From Takakia lepidozioides (taxonomy: Eukaryota > Plantae > Bryophyta): a DNA stretch of 64,000 nucleotides. The notes under the pieces were generated by a model. That model was not told the DNA's origin. It worked only from the letters and a program-made list of their open reading frames with translations, and did no database searches. Location: positions 1,488,001 to 1,552,000 of the forward strand of contig CM060734.1 in the NCBI GenBank assembly GCA_030704615.1, written 5' to 3'. Shown piece by piece: positions 22,783 through 34,544 of the stretch (positions within the stretch are counted from its first letter, which is position 1; every line of letters starts with the position of its first letter). The translations under genes and the position numbers were made by a program.

Positions 22783-25504
22783 GATTTAATTCAAAGTTGG
22801 TTTAAGGTGGGTGCGTCGTTGGGGAAGCAAATGTTTTTTTTTTTTGGTTGAATCTCTGCACATGTGTTGCACACATATTCAAGCATGTGCGGGCTAAATT
22901 TGAGCTTGAACCACATCCATTCCATGGGTGCAATAGCCGTTCACCCATGACAGGATTCCTTTCTCCCAATGAACAAAATTGGATGAGAGGTGAACGCGTC
23001 TTTGGCCCATTGAATGAATTTCGTTTCATCTCATATTACTCTGGGACCTGTGAGACAATATACTGAACCTACTGCCAAAGTTTCAAAGCAAACAAAAATC
23101 ATTTGGATTGGCATCCATCCGTTGGCCCATCGAACAAATTTCGTTTGATCTCATATTACTCTGGGACCCGTTACATGGTATATTGAATATATTGGCAAAA
23201 TTTGAAAGCAAACAACAATCATCTGGATGGGCAACCGTCTGTTGGGCCATTGAACGAATTTTGATTGATGTCGTATTCGTCTGGGACCTGTGAGACGGTG
23301 GACTGGACATGTTGGCAAAGTTTCAAAGCAAACAAAAATCATTTGGATGGGCATCCATCTGTTGGCCCATCGAACGAATTTCTTTTCATCGCGTATTACT
23401 CTGGGACTTGTTCGACTGCATTTTGTCTGCTCATGAATTTTGTTTTGCTCCATTCTTGAACCACGTGCTTAACGACAACATATGCAATGTGCGTGCAAAA
23501 TTTGGGAGCGAACAAAAGTCATTTGGACCAAAACCACGATTTTTGCGCCTCATTTGCACTTCAAAGTTGATTTGACTTCAACTTCATGCACTCTTCATAG
23601 AGAGTTCTACAATAGTGAGCGAAGAGAAGACCTTTTTAAAATCATTACGTAGCAGAAACCCACAATCATATACATTCTAAGTCTAATTATTTATTTAAAA
23701 TTCATTTAAAATCAATTCAATTCAAAATTGGTTTAAGGATGAGTGCGTCGTTTGGGAGGCATTTTTTTTTAAAATTTCTTTTGTTGAATCTCTACACATG
23801 TGTTGCACACATATTCAAGCACATGCGAGCTAAATTTGAGCTTGAACCACATCCGTTCCATGGGTGCAATAGCCGTTCACCCGTGAGAGGAGTTTTTTTT
23901 CTTCCAAAATGAGCATAATTGGATGACTGGGTGAACGCATCCTTAGGGGTGTAAATGATGAATGATTTGAATGATTTGAATGATTTTTTATTGATCTCAT
24001 ATTTGCCCGACCCATTGAATGAATTTCAGTTGATCTCATATTAGTCTGGGACATGTTACATGGTATACTGAGCATACTGACAAAGTTTCAATGCAAACAA
24101 TAGTCATTTGGATGACCAACCATCCGTTGGCCCATTGAATAAATTTCCTTTCATCTCATATTTGTGAGGGACATGTGGAATGGTATGTGCAGCATACTGA
24201 CAAAGTTTGAAGGCAAACAAAAATCATTTGGATGGTCAATTGTTCAATCGCCATTGAATGAATTTTGTTTGATGTCATATCTGTCCAGGACCTTTCGGAT
24301 GGTATGTGCAGTATACTAGCAAAGTTTGAAATCAAACAAAAGTAATTTAGATGGTCAATTGTTCGATCGCCCATTGATTGATCTCATATTTGTCCTGGAC
24401 CTTTCGGATGGTATGTGCAGTATACTGGCAAAATTTGAAATCAAACAAAACTCATTTGAATGGTCAATTGTTCGATCGCCCATTGAATGAATCTCGCTTG
24501 ATCTCATATTTTCCAGGACCTTTCGGATGGTATGTACAGTACACTGGCAAAATTTGAAAGCAATACACTGGCCCATTGAATGAATTTCGATTGACCTTGT
24601 ATTAGTCCGAGACCTGTGAGACGGTATACTAAACACACTGCCAAAGTTTCAAAGCAAACAAAAATCATTTGGATGGGCAACCATCCATTGGCCCATTGAA
24701 CGAATATCGTTTGATCTCATATTACTCAAGGACCTGTTACATGGTATACTAAACATACTGGAAAACTTTCAAAGTAAACAACAATCAACCATCTGTTGGG
24801 CCACTGAATGAATTTCAATTGATCTCTTATTAGTCCGAGAGGCACGAAGGCAGTAGCCCTTCTGGGTCAAGTGACACCATAAGTTACGCTTGCTTCAGCA
24901 ACGCGTCCACCTTTTTTCTTTTTTAGTCCGAGACTTGTGAGACGGTGTATTGAACATACTGCCAAAGTTTCAAAGCAACAAAAATCATTTGGATAGGCAA
25001 CCATCCGTTGGCCCATCGAATGAATTTCATTTGATCTTATATTACTCTGGGACCTGTTGGACTGCGTTTTGTCTGCACATGATTTTTTTTTAATTCCATT
25101 TTTAAACCATATTTTTAACGACTGCATATGCAATGTGCGTGAAAATTTTGGGAGTGAACAAAAGTCATTGGACCCAAAAACACATTTTTTTTTCCCTCAT
25201 TTGTACTCCAAAGTCCATTTGTCTTCAACTTCATGTACTCTTCGTAGAGAGTTCTATAATAGTGAACGAAGATTTATTTATTATTTATTATTTATTTATT
25301 TTCATTTTTGTTTGGTCCAAAAATTTTCAGGGATGTAGTGGTGCGAGGGTTGAATTCATAGAACAAAATTTAGTAAAAAATAAAATCATTACGTAGCAGA
25401 AACCCGCAATCATAGACATTCAAAGTCTAATTATTTATTTAAATTCATTAAAATTCGATTTAATTCAAAATTGGTTGAAGGGTGAGAGCGTCGTTGGGGA
25501 GGGA
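22783..25504. repeat. Higher-order tandem array: head, (~120-bp subrepeat)n, tail
   Basis: Heads at ~22783, ~23714 and ~25457; subrepeat ggcccattgaatgaatttc...caaagtttcaaagcaaacaaaaatcatttgg about 4 times in unit 1 and about 9 times in unit 2. Confidence 0.85.
24841..24922 (+). mobile_element. 82-bp 5'-truncated SINE/LINE tail insertion with 11-bp TSD
   Basis: TTAGTCCGAGA at 24830-24840 and 24923-24933 interrupts a subrepeat; insert gaaggcagtagccctt...cataagttacgc-hairpin-gcgtc plus a T-rich tail. Confidence 0.85.
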
Positions 25505-27419
25505 ATAACCACCAACACCCCCTTCTACAACTTCCCAAAGGAGTCACGCTCCTCGCAGCCATTGAACCAAAACAGCTTCGCTACACGCACGACTTGCCCT
25601 TCCCCAAATACACACGGCACAAAGAATCCACCCTAACCCTGCTACTGCTCGTTCAAGCTCCATCCTCCACCTTTATCCCAACAGATGCTCTAGCTCTCCT
25701 TAAGCGTCTACTGTCTGATACCCACGGTATGCTTAATACCACCTACCCACCATCTCTCCTTCGCAACCCCCTTCCTAGGTCAACCTACAAGCCAAAACCG
25801 AACAAAGCATGGGCTCGGGCACACCCCTCCCCCCTCTCGCACCTACCATCGCCCCAAATGATTCTCTGCCGCTATATCATGGATATACCCCTCCCAAATA
25901 CCCTCATATGCACTAACATGACACAGACGGATCCCGCTCCGGTTCACATGCCGGATACGGCATCTACCATGCCCTCCCAAAAAGAGGTACTGCCCACCGC
26001 CTCCCCGGACCCACTAACATCCTATGCGCAGAACTTATGGCCATATTTGCAGCTCTCTCCCAACTAAACACATTTCCCCCGCCCTACTACATTTTCACGG
26101 ACAATTTATCTTCACTTTTTCTAATCTGTAACCACCTGGCCTATCCCACTTCCCAACATCACCACCCCGACCAGAACCTCATCACCGCTATCGTTAACCT
26201 TGCGCTTGCCATATATCACCCCATCCACCTTATAAAAGTGCGGTCACACACTGGTATTACTGGCAATGAGGAAGCCGATCTCCTTGCTCAACTTGGGACC
26301 TCCAAACCTACCGTCAAAACCATCAGCAGATCCCATTCATATTGCGCATGCACACCCCTTCTGGATGATGTATCCCGTTCTTGAACCCCCAGACCCCCGT
26401 CCAATACGGAACCTTCTTGCTACGCTAACTCGCGAAGCCAGTAAACAAGCCGCTCTACCAGCCACAACAAACTACATATCCGAAAATGGACACATTCTGA
26501 TGTACTCCACCATAAGCTATCCAATCACTTCTGGCAAACTCAAGCCGCCTCTGATGCACAAATTCGACAAACACTCAAATTTCGGTACACCCAATATATG
26601 GGCCACCAACGTAAGCACTCCTTCTCGCCCCGCCTCTACCCCTCCCCGCATTGCCCACTTTGCACTCACAAACATGAAGAAAGGGACACCTGGCCCCATC
26701 TTCTCAGCAAGTGTCCCCACCCCGTCATCCATGGTCTCCGTATTACAAGACACAACCATGCCGTTTGGCATATCCACAAACTCCTCCTACGAAGATGGTT
26801 TTCACTCATCAATGCCGGCACCTATCAAGGCAGGCCTCCCGACCACAAGGTACCACCCTGGTTACTTCCATGCCAATGTTCACCCCATGCAACCTGCACC
26901 TGTCCTGCCTGACTTTGCCCAAACATTTTACTATTACACGGACTCCCCATAAACCACACCCCCGCCCCCCGCCCCCCCCCCCCCCCCCCCCCCCCCCCCA
27001 CCGCCCCCTCTCCTACCCTCACTATACACTTCATAGAATTCACATACTGCCACGACCGCTTCCCCAACCCCTCCATCCTTGAAAAACGCCAAAAGTACAC
27101 ACCACTCATCCTCGCTATCCACCGGAAGGGTTGGGCCACAGGCCCACTTACTGTCATCACTGCCGGCACCAGAGGGGGCATCCATAATGCCAGCATCTCT
27201 GCACTCCACAATCACTTTAATCTTCCTTCCACTGATATTCATAAATTTATGTTTTAAGGCCATACACCTTATGGCACTCCGCTCTCTCACTGCTATCATT
27301 ACCAACAAATGACAACTTGAATCCAACTCCCATCTGGTTTCCTAGGTACCCTGGACACTTTCTTTGACACCCATTCAGTATCCATGGGGTACCCCAATGG
27401 TCCCCCATGGGTGCCACGT
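25505..27419 (+). mobile_element. RandI/Dualen-like LINE 3' part: RNase H, CCHC knuckle, restriction-like endonuclease, start of 3' UTR
   Basis: TDGS...AELMAI...YIFTDNLSSL...KVRSHTGITGNEEAD (RNase H); CPLC...H....C..RHN; P-N/D-ILL...FIEFTYCHD...K..KY..L (RLE); ends ~27312; frameshifted. Confidence 0.8.
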
Positions 27420-28143
27420 TGTCGCGCACCTCACTTCGGTAAGCTCCCCTACAAGTCATAGTTACTCGCTTTGATGCGCGCGCTTGACTCCCAACCTGGC
27501 CGCCGGGCCAACTTGGAGCTTCGGCTGCTCACCGGGACATAACGGTCCCCCTTCGATCCCCCGAAAGACCCTCCACCTATTTGGGCCTAGTGGAATTCCC
27601 TTTGGTAGATGGCAGTCCGGAACAGCTCCCCACTTTTTGGTCGCTTTCCGGCTCGCTCGCTTACTCACTAGCTTTTGGTCACCAACGGGCTTGCACCGTT
27701 CTCGGGGTTACTACTCCCTATATATACTTCTGTAGCTGTCCGCGGGGGTTCCACAAACAGCCATGCCATTTTATGGTGAACCACCACGAAGACCCTCGAT
27801 TCCCGGTGGTGAGTCGCGGTGAGTCTTGGCCCACTCACCGCGGCCCCAATGGACCGTGATGAGTCCCAAGACTCCCCACGACTCCCACCTCGAGGTCTCC
27901 ACCCCATGGTGAGTCCTATGCCACCCCCACTAAGTCCCGCTAAGCTACCACCACCCCTTGTGGAGCCACCCCCACCGCAACCCGGTGTGCGGGGCTCCGC
28001 CTAGTGAGCGCCTCCGCCTCCTTGAGTGCCTTGGGCACTCAAGGGTGCTTCAGCCCCCGTATCCATTGCTGCTACTGCCCCCACCACAGGGGCAGCCCCT
28101 TCTATGTCCCGACCCCCTGCCCTCAAGGCAAAGGGCCGCGACA
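27420..28143 (-). repeat. Galadriel-type 3' LTR (724 bp)
   Basis: tgtcgc...gcgaca; about a dozen substitutions and one indel vs the 5' LTR, counted by eye. Confidence 0.95.
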
Positions 28144-29048
28144 CACACCCCTACCAACAGGGAGTCGATGTCCTCATCGACTTGTCCATTTTGTAGAAAT
28201 GAACATCCAAGTTGTGGCGTCCCACATCAAGGAGTTTGTTTCCACACCATGGCGTCCCATGGCAAAGAACCAAACCCCACACTTGACTCTACTCTCCACT
28301 AGCTAGTTCGGCCGACTTCCTCTAAGTCCCGGCCAAGGGTGGAGCCTCTCCAGCTCCTCCCAGTGCACTCTTCTTGGCCTACTTCAAGGCCAAGGAACGA
28401 TCCTCCCCAAGGATCGAATCGCCTTACTGCAACAACATTGCTTGCGATCACTCATGATGCCGCTTTTGGCATCACCTTGAGCAAGGGTTCACCTGGAACC
28501 CTCTTTGACTAGGAAGATAACCTTGAATCAACCGTGCGCCCCAATCACTACAATTTGGTCCGCCTTGGAATGCTGGCCTGAGGTATGGGAACACGCCGAA
28601 GCCGCACTACGACTTCGTCCCGAGGCTACACGATTATAGTACGTGAACGGAAGCACGTAGCTTCCGCGTTAGCCCGCACTACAAGGCAACCCCCTCGGTA
28701 GCGCAGTTATAGTACGCGCACGCGCCAGGTGCGCACTAGCACGTGAACTCCCAAAGAAGGCGCAAGTTGCCTTGCCCCTTGGATGGGGGTCACCCGATTT
28801 TGGCATTACGCAAACACACGATTAACCCAATTTACCTCTCCCACTTTTGTAAGCTAGCATGCATTCTACACACTAGCCAACCATACCATGCATCACCATT
28901 CCAAACAAAATAGGACGCACAACAGTTGGAAGCCATTTCATTTATAGCAAGTTTTGTACAATACAAGTTTTTGCAATCGGATTCCTGAGCTAGCTAAGCC
29001 GGGCTAAGCATGCATTTCTTCCCCCACGCTCCAAGGTTGATGTCCCCA

Positions 29049-32000
29049 TCAACGCTTCTTCCGCTTTTGAGGTTGCCCTTCGAACGCTGCAACCACCTCG
29101 GATGTGTTTCCCATTTCTGAGGCACGCACCCAAGATGCCTCCACATGATGATAGCCCTTCCATTTGACGAGATACTCCGTTTCTCGGTTCTTGAACCTCC
29201 TCGACTTAAGTACTGCCTCCACCTCATACTCAGGTTCATTTCCATGATCCAACAGCATAGGTGGCGGACGCAACACTTGATGCCGATTCGGACGCGCTTC
29301 ATCTTTGAAGTAAGGCTTCAAAAGGGATACGTGGAATACTGGATGCACCTTGCTGTTTGCCGGCAGCTCCAATTCATATACATCCTCATTCATAACCTTC
29401 CGGATGCGAAAGGGACCCGCATATGGAGGTATGAATTTTGGACTCACTTCCGGAGGTATTCAAAAATTCTTGATGTTCAACCAGACTTCCGTGCCTGCCT
29501 CAAACTTCACTTCCCTCCGCTTCCGATTCGCCTGCCTTTCATACCGTTTCCTAGCTTTGGCAATGTTGTACTTTGCGAGCTTCAACAAACGCTCGCGTTC
29601 TTCCAGTACCGCCGCTACTGCCGGTTCCTCAATGTCCTGGGCGGCCCAACTTGTCGGCACCAGAGGTGCTTTTCCATAGACCAATACGAAAGGGGAAACT
29701 CCCGTTGCGGAGTGTTCTGTGTTATTATAACAGAACTCTACCGCGTCTAAGTGTTCCACCCAGTCTGATTGGTCTGCCGACACGTAATTCCGCAAGATCT
29801 GCTTCACTACGGAATTCACTCTTTCCGTTTGGCCGTCGGTCGTAGGTCGAAAGGCGGTGCTCATCTTCAGCCTCGTCCCCATCTTCTTCCAAAGTGTCCT
29901 CCAGAATTTACTCGTAAACTTTGGATCGCGGTCCGAGACAATATCCTTTGGGACTCCATGATGCTTTAAGACGTGGGCAAAGTAAAGTCGCCCTGTCTCC
30001 TGCACCGTTGCCGTCTCCTTGGTGGGGATGAAATGGCCCATTTTACTGAACCTATCCACCACCACCATGATTGCATCAAATCCTTTTGACAGCGGCATAG
30101 CAGTCATGAAATCCATCGAGACGCTTTCCCAAGTCCCCTCTGGAATCGGCAAGGGTTGTAACAGCCCCGCTTGCTTTTTGTACTCGCTCCGGTTTTGTTG
30201 GCATGTGGTGCATGTCTTGACATACTCCTCTGCCTCTTCCCTCAGTTTGGGCCAGAAATACTCTTTCTTCAAGAGTGCCGCAGTGCGCTTGGCTCCGCCG
30301 TGGCCCGCAAGCGGGCTATCATGGCATTCTCTCAAGAGACTATCCCTGATCCCTCCCTTCGGCACGTAGAGACGCTTTTGCTTATACCGGAGCAGTCCAT
30401 TTTGCAAGTGGAACTGCGATTTAACCCCCATCCTCAAGTCTTGCATCACGGACTTCGCCAGCTCATCCTTCCGGCAAGCCTTCCGGATCTTCCTTTGGAG
30501 CGTCGTCTTGCCCCTATGCACCAACATGAGCTGCTGCTTTCTACTTAAAGCATCGGCCACCACATTGTCCCGTCCCGGTTTGTACTGGATATCCACGTCG
30601 AACACCGCCAAAGTATCTTGCCACCTAAGTTGTTTTGGGGACAACTTGGGTTGCGTGGCAAAATACTTCACCGTGACATTATCCGTGAACACCTTCACTG
30701 GGTTGGAACCAACATAGTGGCGCCAAAGCTCAAGGCAATGCACCACCGCCTTCATCTCTTTTTCATGCGTCGGCCACCGTCACTCCACTTCATTCAGTTT
30801 CTTACTTTCATAAGCCACTGGACGTCCATCTTGCATAAGTACACCCCCAATCGCGAAGTCCGATGCATCTGTATGAATCTCAAACGGACAATTGAACTCG
30901 GGGATTTTCAAGACTGGAGCTTCCGCCATCCGCTGCTTCAATTCAGCAAAAGCTTGGCCACAAAAAGTATTCCATGCCTAGACTTTGGATTTACACAGAA
31001 GGTCGGACAGCGGCCCCGCGATCTTGGCGAAATTTCTCACATACTTCCGGTAATAGGAGGCAAGTCCTAGGAAGGATCGCACTCCCGGGACCGAAGTCGG
31101 AGGCTCCCAGTCCAAGATCGCCCTCACCTTTCTGTCATCCATTTTGATCCGATCCTGTGTAATCACATGCCCCAAGAACTCCACTTTCGTGACCCCGAAT
31201 TTGCACTTTGAAGCTTTGGCGTACAGCTTCTCTTCCCGCAATTTTTGGAACACCCTTTTGAGGTGCTCCGGGTGCTCCTCCTTTGTTTTCGAGTACACCA
31301 AGATGTCGTCGATGTACACGATCACAAAGTCATCCAACCACTCCTGAAAAAGGCTGTTCATTAGCGTGCTAAAGGTCGCAGGTGCATTGGTGAGCCCAAA
31401 AGGCATCACCAAGAACTCATATGAACCATACCTTGTCCTGCACACGGTCTTCTCCTCATCTCCTTCCGCCACCCGAATTTGATGGTAGCCGGAGCGCAAG
31501 TCGATCCGGCTGAAGTACTTCGCTCCTACCAACCGGTCGAAAAGGTCATCGATCCTTGGCAAAGGGTACCGGTTTTTAATAGTCACCTTATTCAGAGCCC
31601 TGTAATCGACACACATCCGCAACGTCCCATCCTTCTTGTCTGCGAATAGCACCGGGGCTCCGTAAGGTGACTTACTCGGTCGGATGTACCCCTTTGACAT
31701 TAGATCCTTGAGCTGAGTCTTCAGCTCGACCAACTCTCTGTGGCTCAACCGGTAGGGCACCTTGGTAGGCGGTTCCGATCCCGGTATCACCTCAATCTTG
31801 TGGTCAACTCCTCTTCGCGGTGGCAAGCCGCTTGGTAAATCCTCCGGCATCACATCTTGGTATATCTCCAAAATCCCCTTGATCCAATCTGGGCTCGGCT
31901 CCCCATCGCCTTCTCCCTTCACTTCTCTAATGTAAAGCAAAAACTGGGGCTCGTGTGCCTCCTCCGCGGCCCACTCCCTTGCTGACAGAAGGTTTATTCG

Positions 32001-33611
32001 CCCTCCCACGGATTTGGGCGTTTCCGATACCCGTAAGACCTCGCCACCATTCCAACATGGCAGCGTGACTACTCTCTTGCGGCAATCTATGACCGCTCCG
32101 GATTTGCTAAAAAAGGTCATCCCCAAAATGAGATCCACTCCATCGATCTCGCAGATGGTGAAGTTCTCACGTCCCTGCCAACTCCCTAGTTGAAGAGGAA
32201 CATCGAACGCCAACCTTGTCGCCGGCTGAGGTTCTCCTTTGGCAGAACGCACCTCAATAGAGGCCCCCACGTCACTTGTCGGGAGTCCCAGCTTTTGTGC
32301 CATTGCCGGTGTCATGAAGGAGTGCGATGCTCCTGTGTCCACCAACAATGACACGTTAGTTCCGGATATTATCCCATCCATGAACAGTAACTGTCTCCCT
32401 TTACGTAAGGCGCCAGTTTCCTGATACAACTCACAAGAAAATGTGCCTACCTTGCAAGTCCTGGCGACCACCGCTTCCACCAGGCGACTGATGGTATCTT
32501 CTGACAGCTCTGTGGTCGCCCGAGTCATGTTCAACTGTCGGGGCTTCGTGCACTTCTTGGCCATGTGCCCGGGCTCCCCGCAATTGAAACACACTCCATC
32601 AAAGGTCGCCTTCTGTCCGCCATAAGCCGCTGCACCTGCTTTTCCTTTCGGAGCACCAGGTGCCGCCTTGACGTGTGAAGGCCCTCCCTTCGATTTCCAC
32701 GTGCCATTATCGCCGCGTGGCCTATCCCACTTCTTTTCCGGTCGGAAATAGTCACCTTCCCGCCGGGCCTTCTTGTGGTTCAGCTCCGTACGGCCTTGTC
32801 TTTCACCCCTAGGGACATCCGAGAAACATTCCGCCCTCTCAATTGCCTTGTTCAAAGTCTTAGGCGGCTTCTCCTCCAACTTCCGCCTGGCCCACGGGGC
32901 CAGTCCCGCCACAAAGTTGAAGACCATTTCTGGTTCTGCCATGTCCGCGACTTCGAGCAGCAGCACATTGAAAGCCTGAACATAACCCCGAATGTCATCC
33001 GTTTGCTTCAAATTCCTCATCTTGTCCCGGGCAAGCCAAGACGCGTTGAGGGGCACAAACTGTCTCTTCATCAATTCCTTGAACCCACTCCAGTTCAAGG
33101 TTTCCGGGCTCGGACCTCGGTCGTGAAGGCGTTTCTGCCACCATTGTTGAGCATAGCCCCTCAAATAGGTGGGAGTCACTTCCACCCGATCCTCGTCACT
33201 CAACTTGGCCGCCCGGAAGTACTGCTCTAGCTCCAAGAGCCAGGTGTTGAGTGCCTTCCGATTTTGGACGCCCTCGAAGGTGCCGGGTTCCTTAGGCTTC
33301 ACCTTAAACTTTGCCTTAGTGGAAGTGGCATTAGCCGCCTTCAATACGTCTTTCAACGTCCCGCCAAACTGCGCCAACAACCCTTCCCAAAAGGCTGCCG
33401 GCATGGGAGACATCTCTTGGTTTGTCGGAGCTCTCAAGGATTCCTCGGGCTCCGACTCCTCGGATTCCTCCCGCTCTTGAGCGGCCTCGTTTTCGGAAAC
33501 ATGCATCGCTTCCTCAAACGGCCGCCTCGGTGACACGTCGCCCCCATCTGGCTCACCAGGATCATCATCTTTTGGGCCGTTCCGCTTCCGCTTCGGCTTG
33601 CCCGACCCCAT
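29049..33611 (-). pseudogene. Galadriel-type gag-pol-chromodomain, single frame with three premature stops
   Basis: [48 protein letters not shown], chromodomain EYEVEAVL..YLVKWKGY..ASW; in-frame stops at 30978-30980, 30780-30782 and 29460-29462. Confidence 0.93.
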
Positions 33612-33652
33612 GATGAGGCCAATCCCAAGGACGATCGCGTACTGAACTCTAA

Positions 33653-33664
33653 GCTCTGATACCA
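33653..33664 (-). promoter_or_regulatory. PBS complementary to initiator tRNA-Met
   Basis: TGGTATCAGAGC 2 nt after the 5' LTR. Confidence 0.95.
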
Positions 33665-33666
33665 AG

Positions 33667-34389
33667 TGTCGCACACCTCACTTCGGTAAGCTCCCCTTCA
33701 AGTCATAGTTACTCGCTTTGATGCGCGCGCCTGACTCCCAACCTGGCCGCCGGCCAACTTGGAGCTTCGGCTGCTCACCGGGACATAACGGTCCCCCTTC
33801 AATCCCCCGAAAGACCCTCCACCTATTTGGGCCTAGTGGAATTCCCGTTGGTAGATGGCAGTCCGGATCAGTTCCCCACTTTTTGGTCGCTTTCCGGCTC
33901 GCTCGCTTACTCACTAGCTTTTGGTCACCAACGGGCTTGCACCGTTCTCGGGGTTACTACTCCCTATATATACTTCTGTAGCTGTCCGCGGGGGTTCCAC
34001 AAACAGCCATGCCATTTTATGGTGAACCACCACGAAGACCCTCGATTCCCGGTGGTGAGTCGCGGTGAGTCTTGGCCCACTCACCGCGGCCCCAATGGAC
34101 CGTGATGAGTCCCAAGACTCCCCACGACTCCCACCTCGAGGTCTCCACCCCATGGTGAGTCCTATGCCACCCCCACTAAGTCCCACTAAGCTACCACCAC
34201 CCCTTGTGGAGCCACCCCCACCGCAACCCGGTGTGCGGGGCTCCGCCTAGTGAGCGCCTCCGCCTCCTTGAGTGCCTTGGGCACTCAAGGGTGCTTCAGC
34301 CCCCGTATCCATCGCTGCTACTGCCTCCACCACAGGGGCAGCCCCTTCTGTGTCCTGACCCCCTGCCCTCAAGGCAAAGGGCCGCGACA
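33667..34389 (-). repeat. Galadriel-type 5' LTR (723 bp)
   Basis: TG...CA ends, adjacent PBS, TSD. Confidence 0.95.
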
Positions 34390-34394
34390 CACGT

Positions 34395-34544
34395 GGTACC
34401 CAGCCCCGGGTAACACCTCCTTCCTGATGGTTACTTGGTGTCCCTTGGACACTATTTTTCATATAGGGCCCACCCCTAAAAAAGGGCAATAGCCGCAAGG
34501 CAAAGTGGCTCTTAGTTACGCCGGCCTCGGCCGGAGTCTTCTCT
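34395..34544 (+). mobile_element. Remainder of the LINE 3' UTR with structured terminus, split from 25505-27419 by the Galadriel insertion
   Basis: Joined through the TSD; ggcaatagcc...ttagttacgccggcctcggccggagtc resembles the SINE tail. Confidence 0.65.

Larger units (their letters stand above)
27420..34389 (-). mobile_element. Complete Galadriel-type chromovirus (Ty3/gypsy) with 5-bp TSD CACGT
   Basis: LTRs 27420-28143 and 33667-34389; TSD at 27415-27419 and 34390-34394; iMet PBS; gag-PR-RT-RH-INT-chromodomain. Clade assigned from RNase H motifs MKAVVHCL..WRHY and TDNV..YF.TQ.KLSPKQ.RWQD. Confidence 0.95.

Noticed and set aside
24841-24910. Hairpin, HDV or twister ribozyme in the SINE tail
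   Set aside because: GAA, GUUAC and GUC words are present, but I could not build the required helices or pseudoknots by hand.
26960-27010. Poly-Pro or poly-Gly protein segments, or a G-quadruplex element
   Set aside because: A homopolymer C expansion inside a dead LINE (another lies at ~16823-16845); its length may also be a sequencing artefact.
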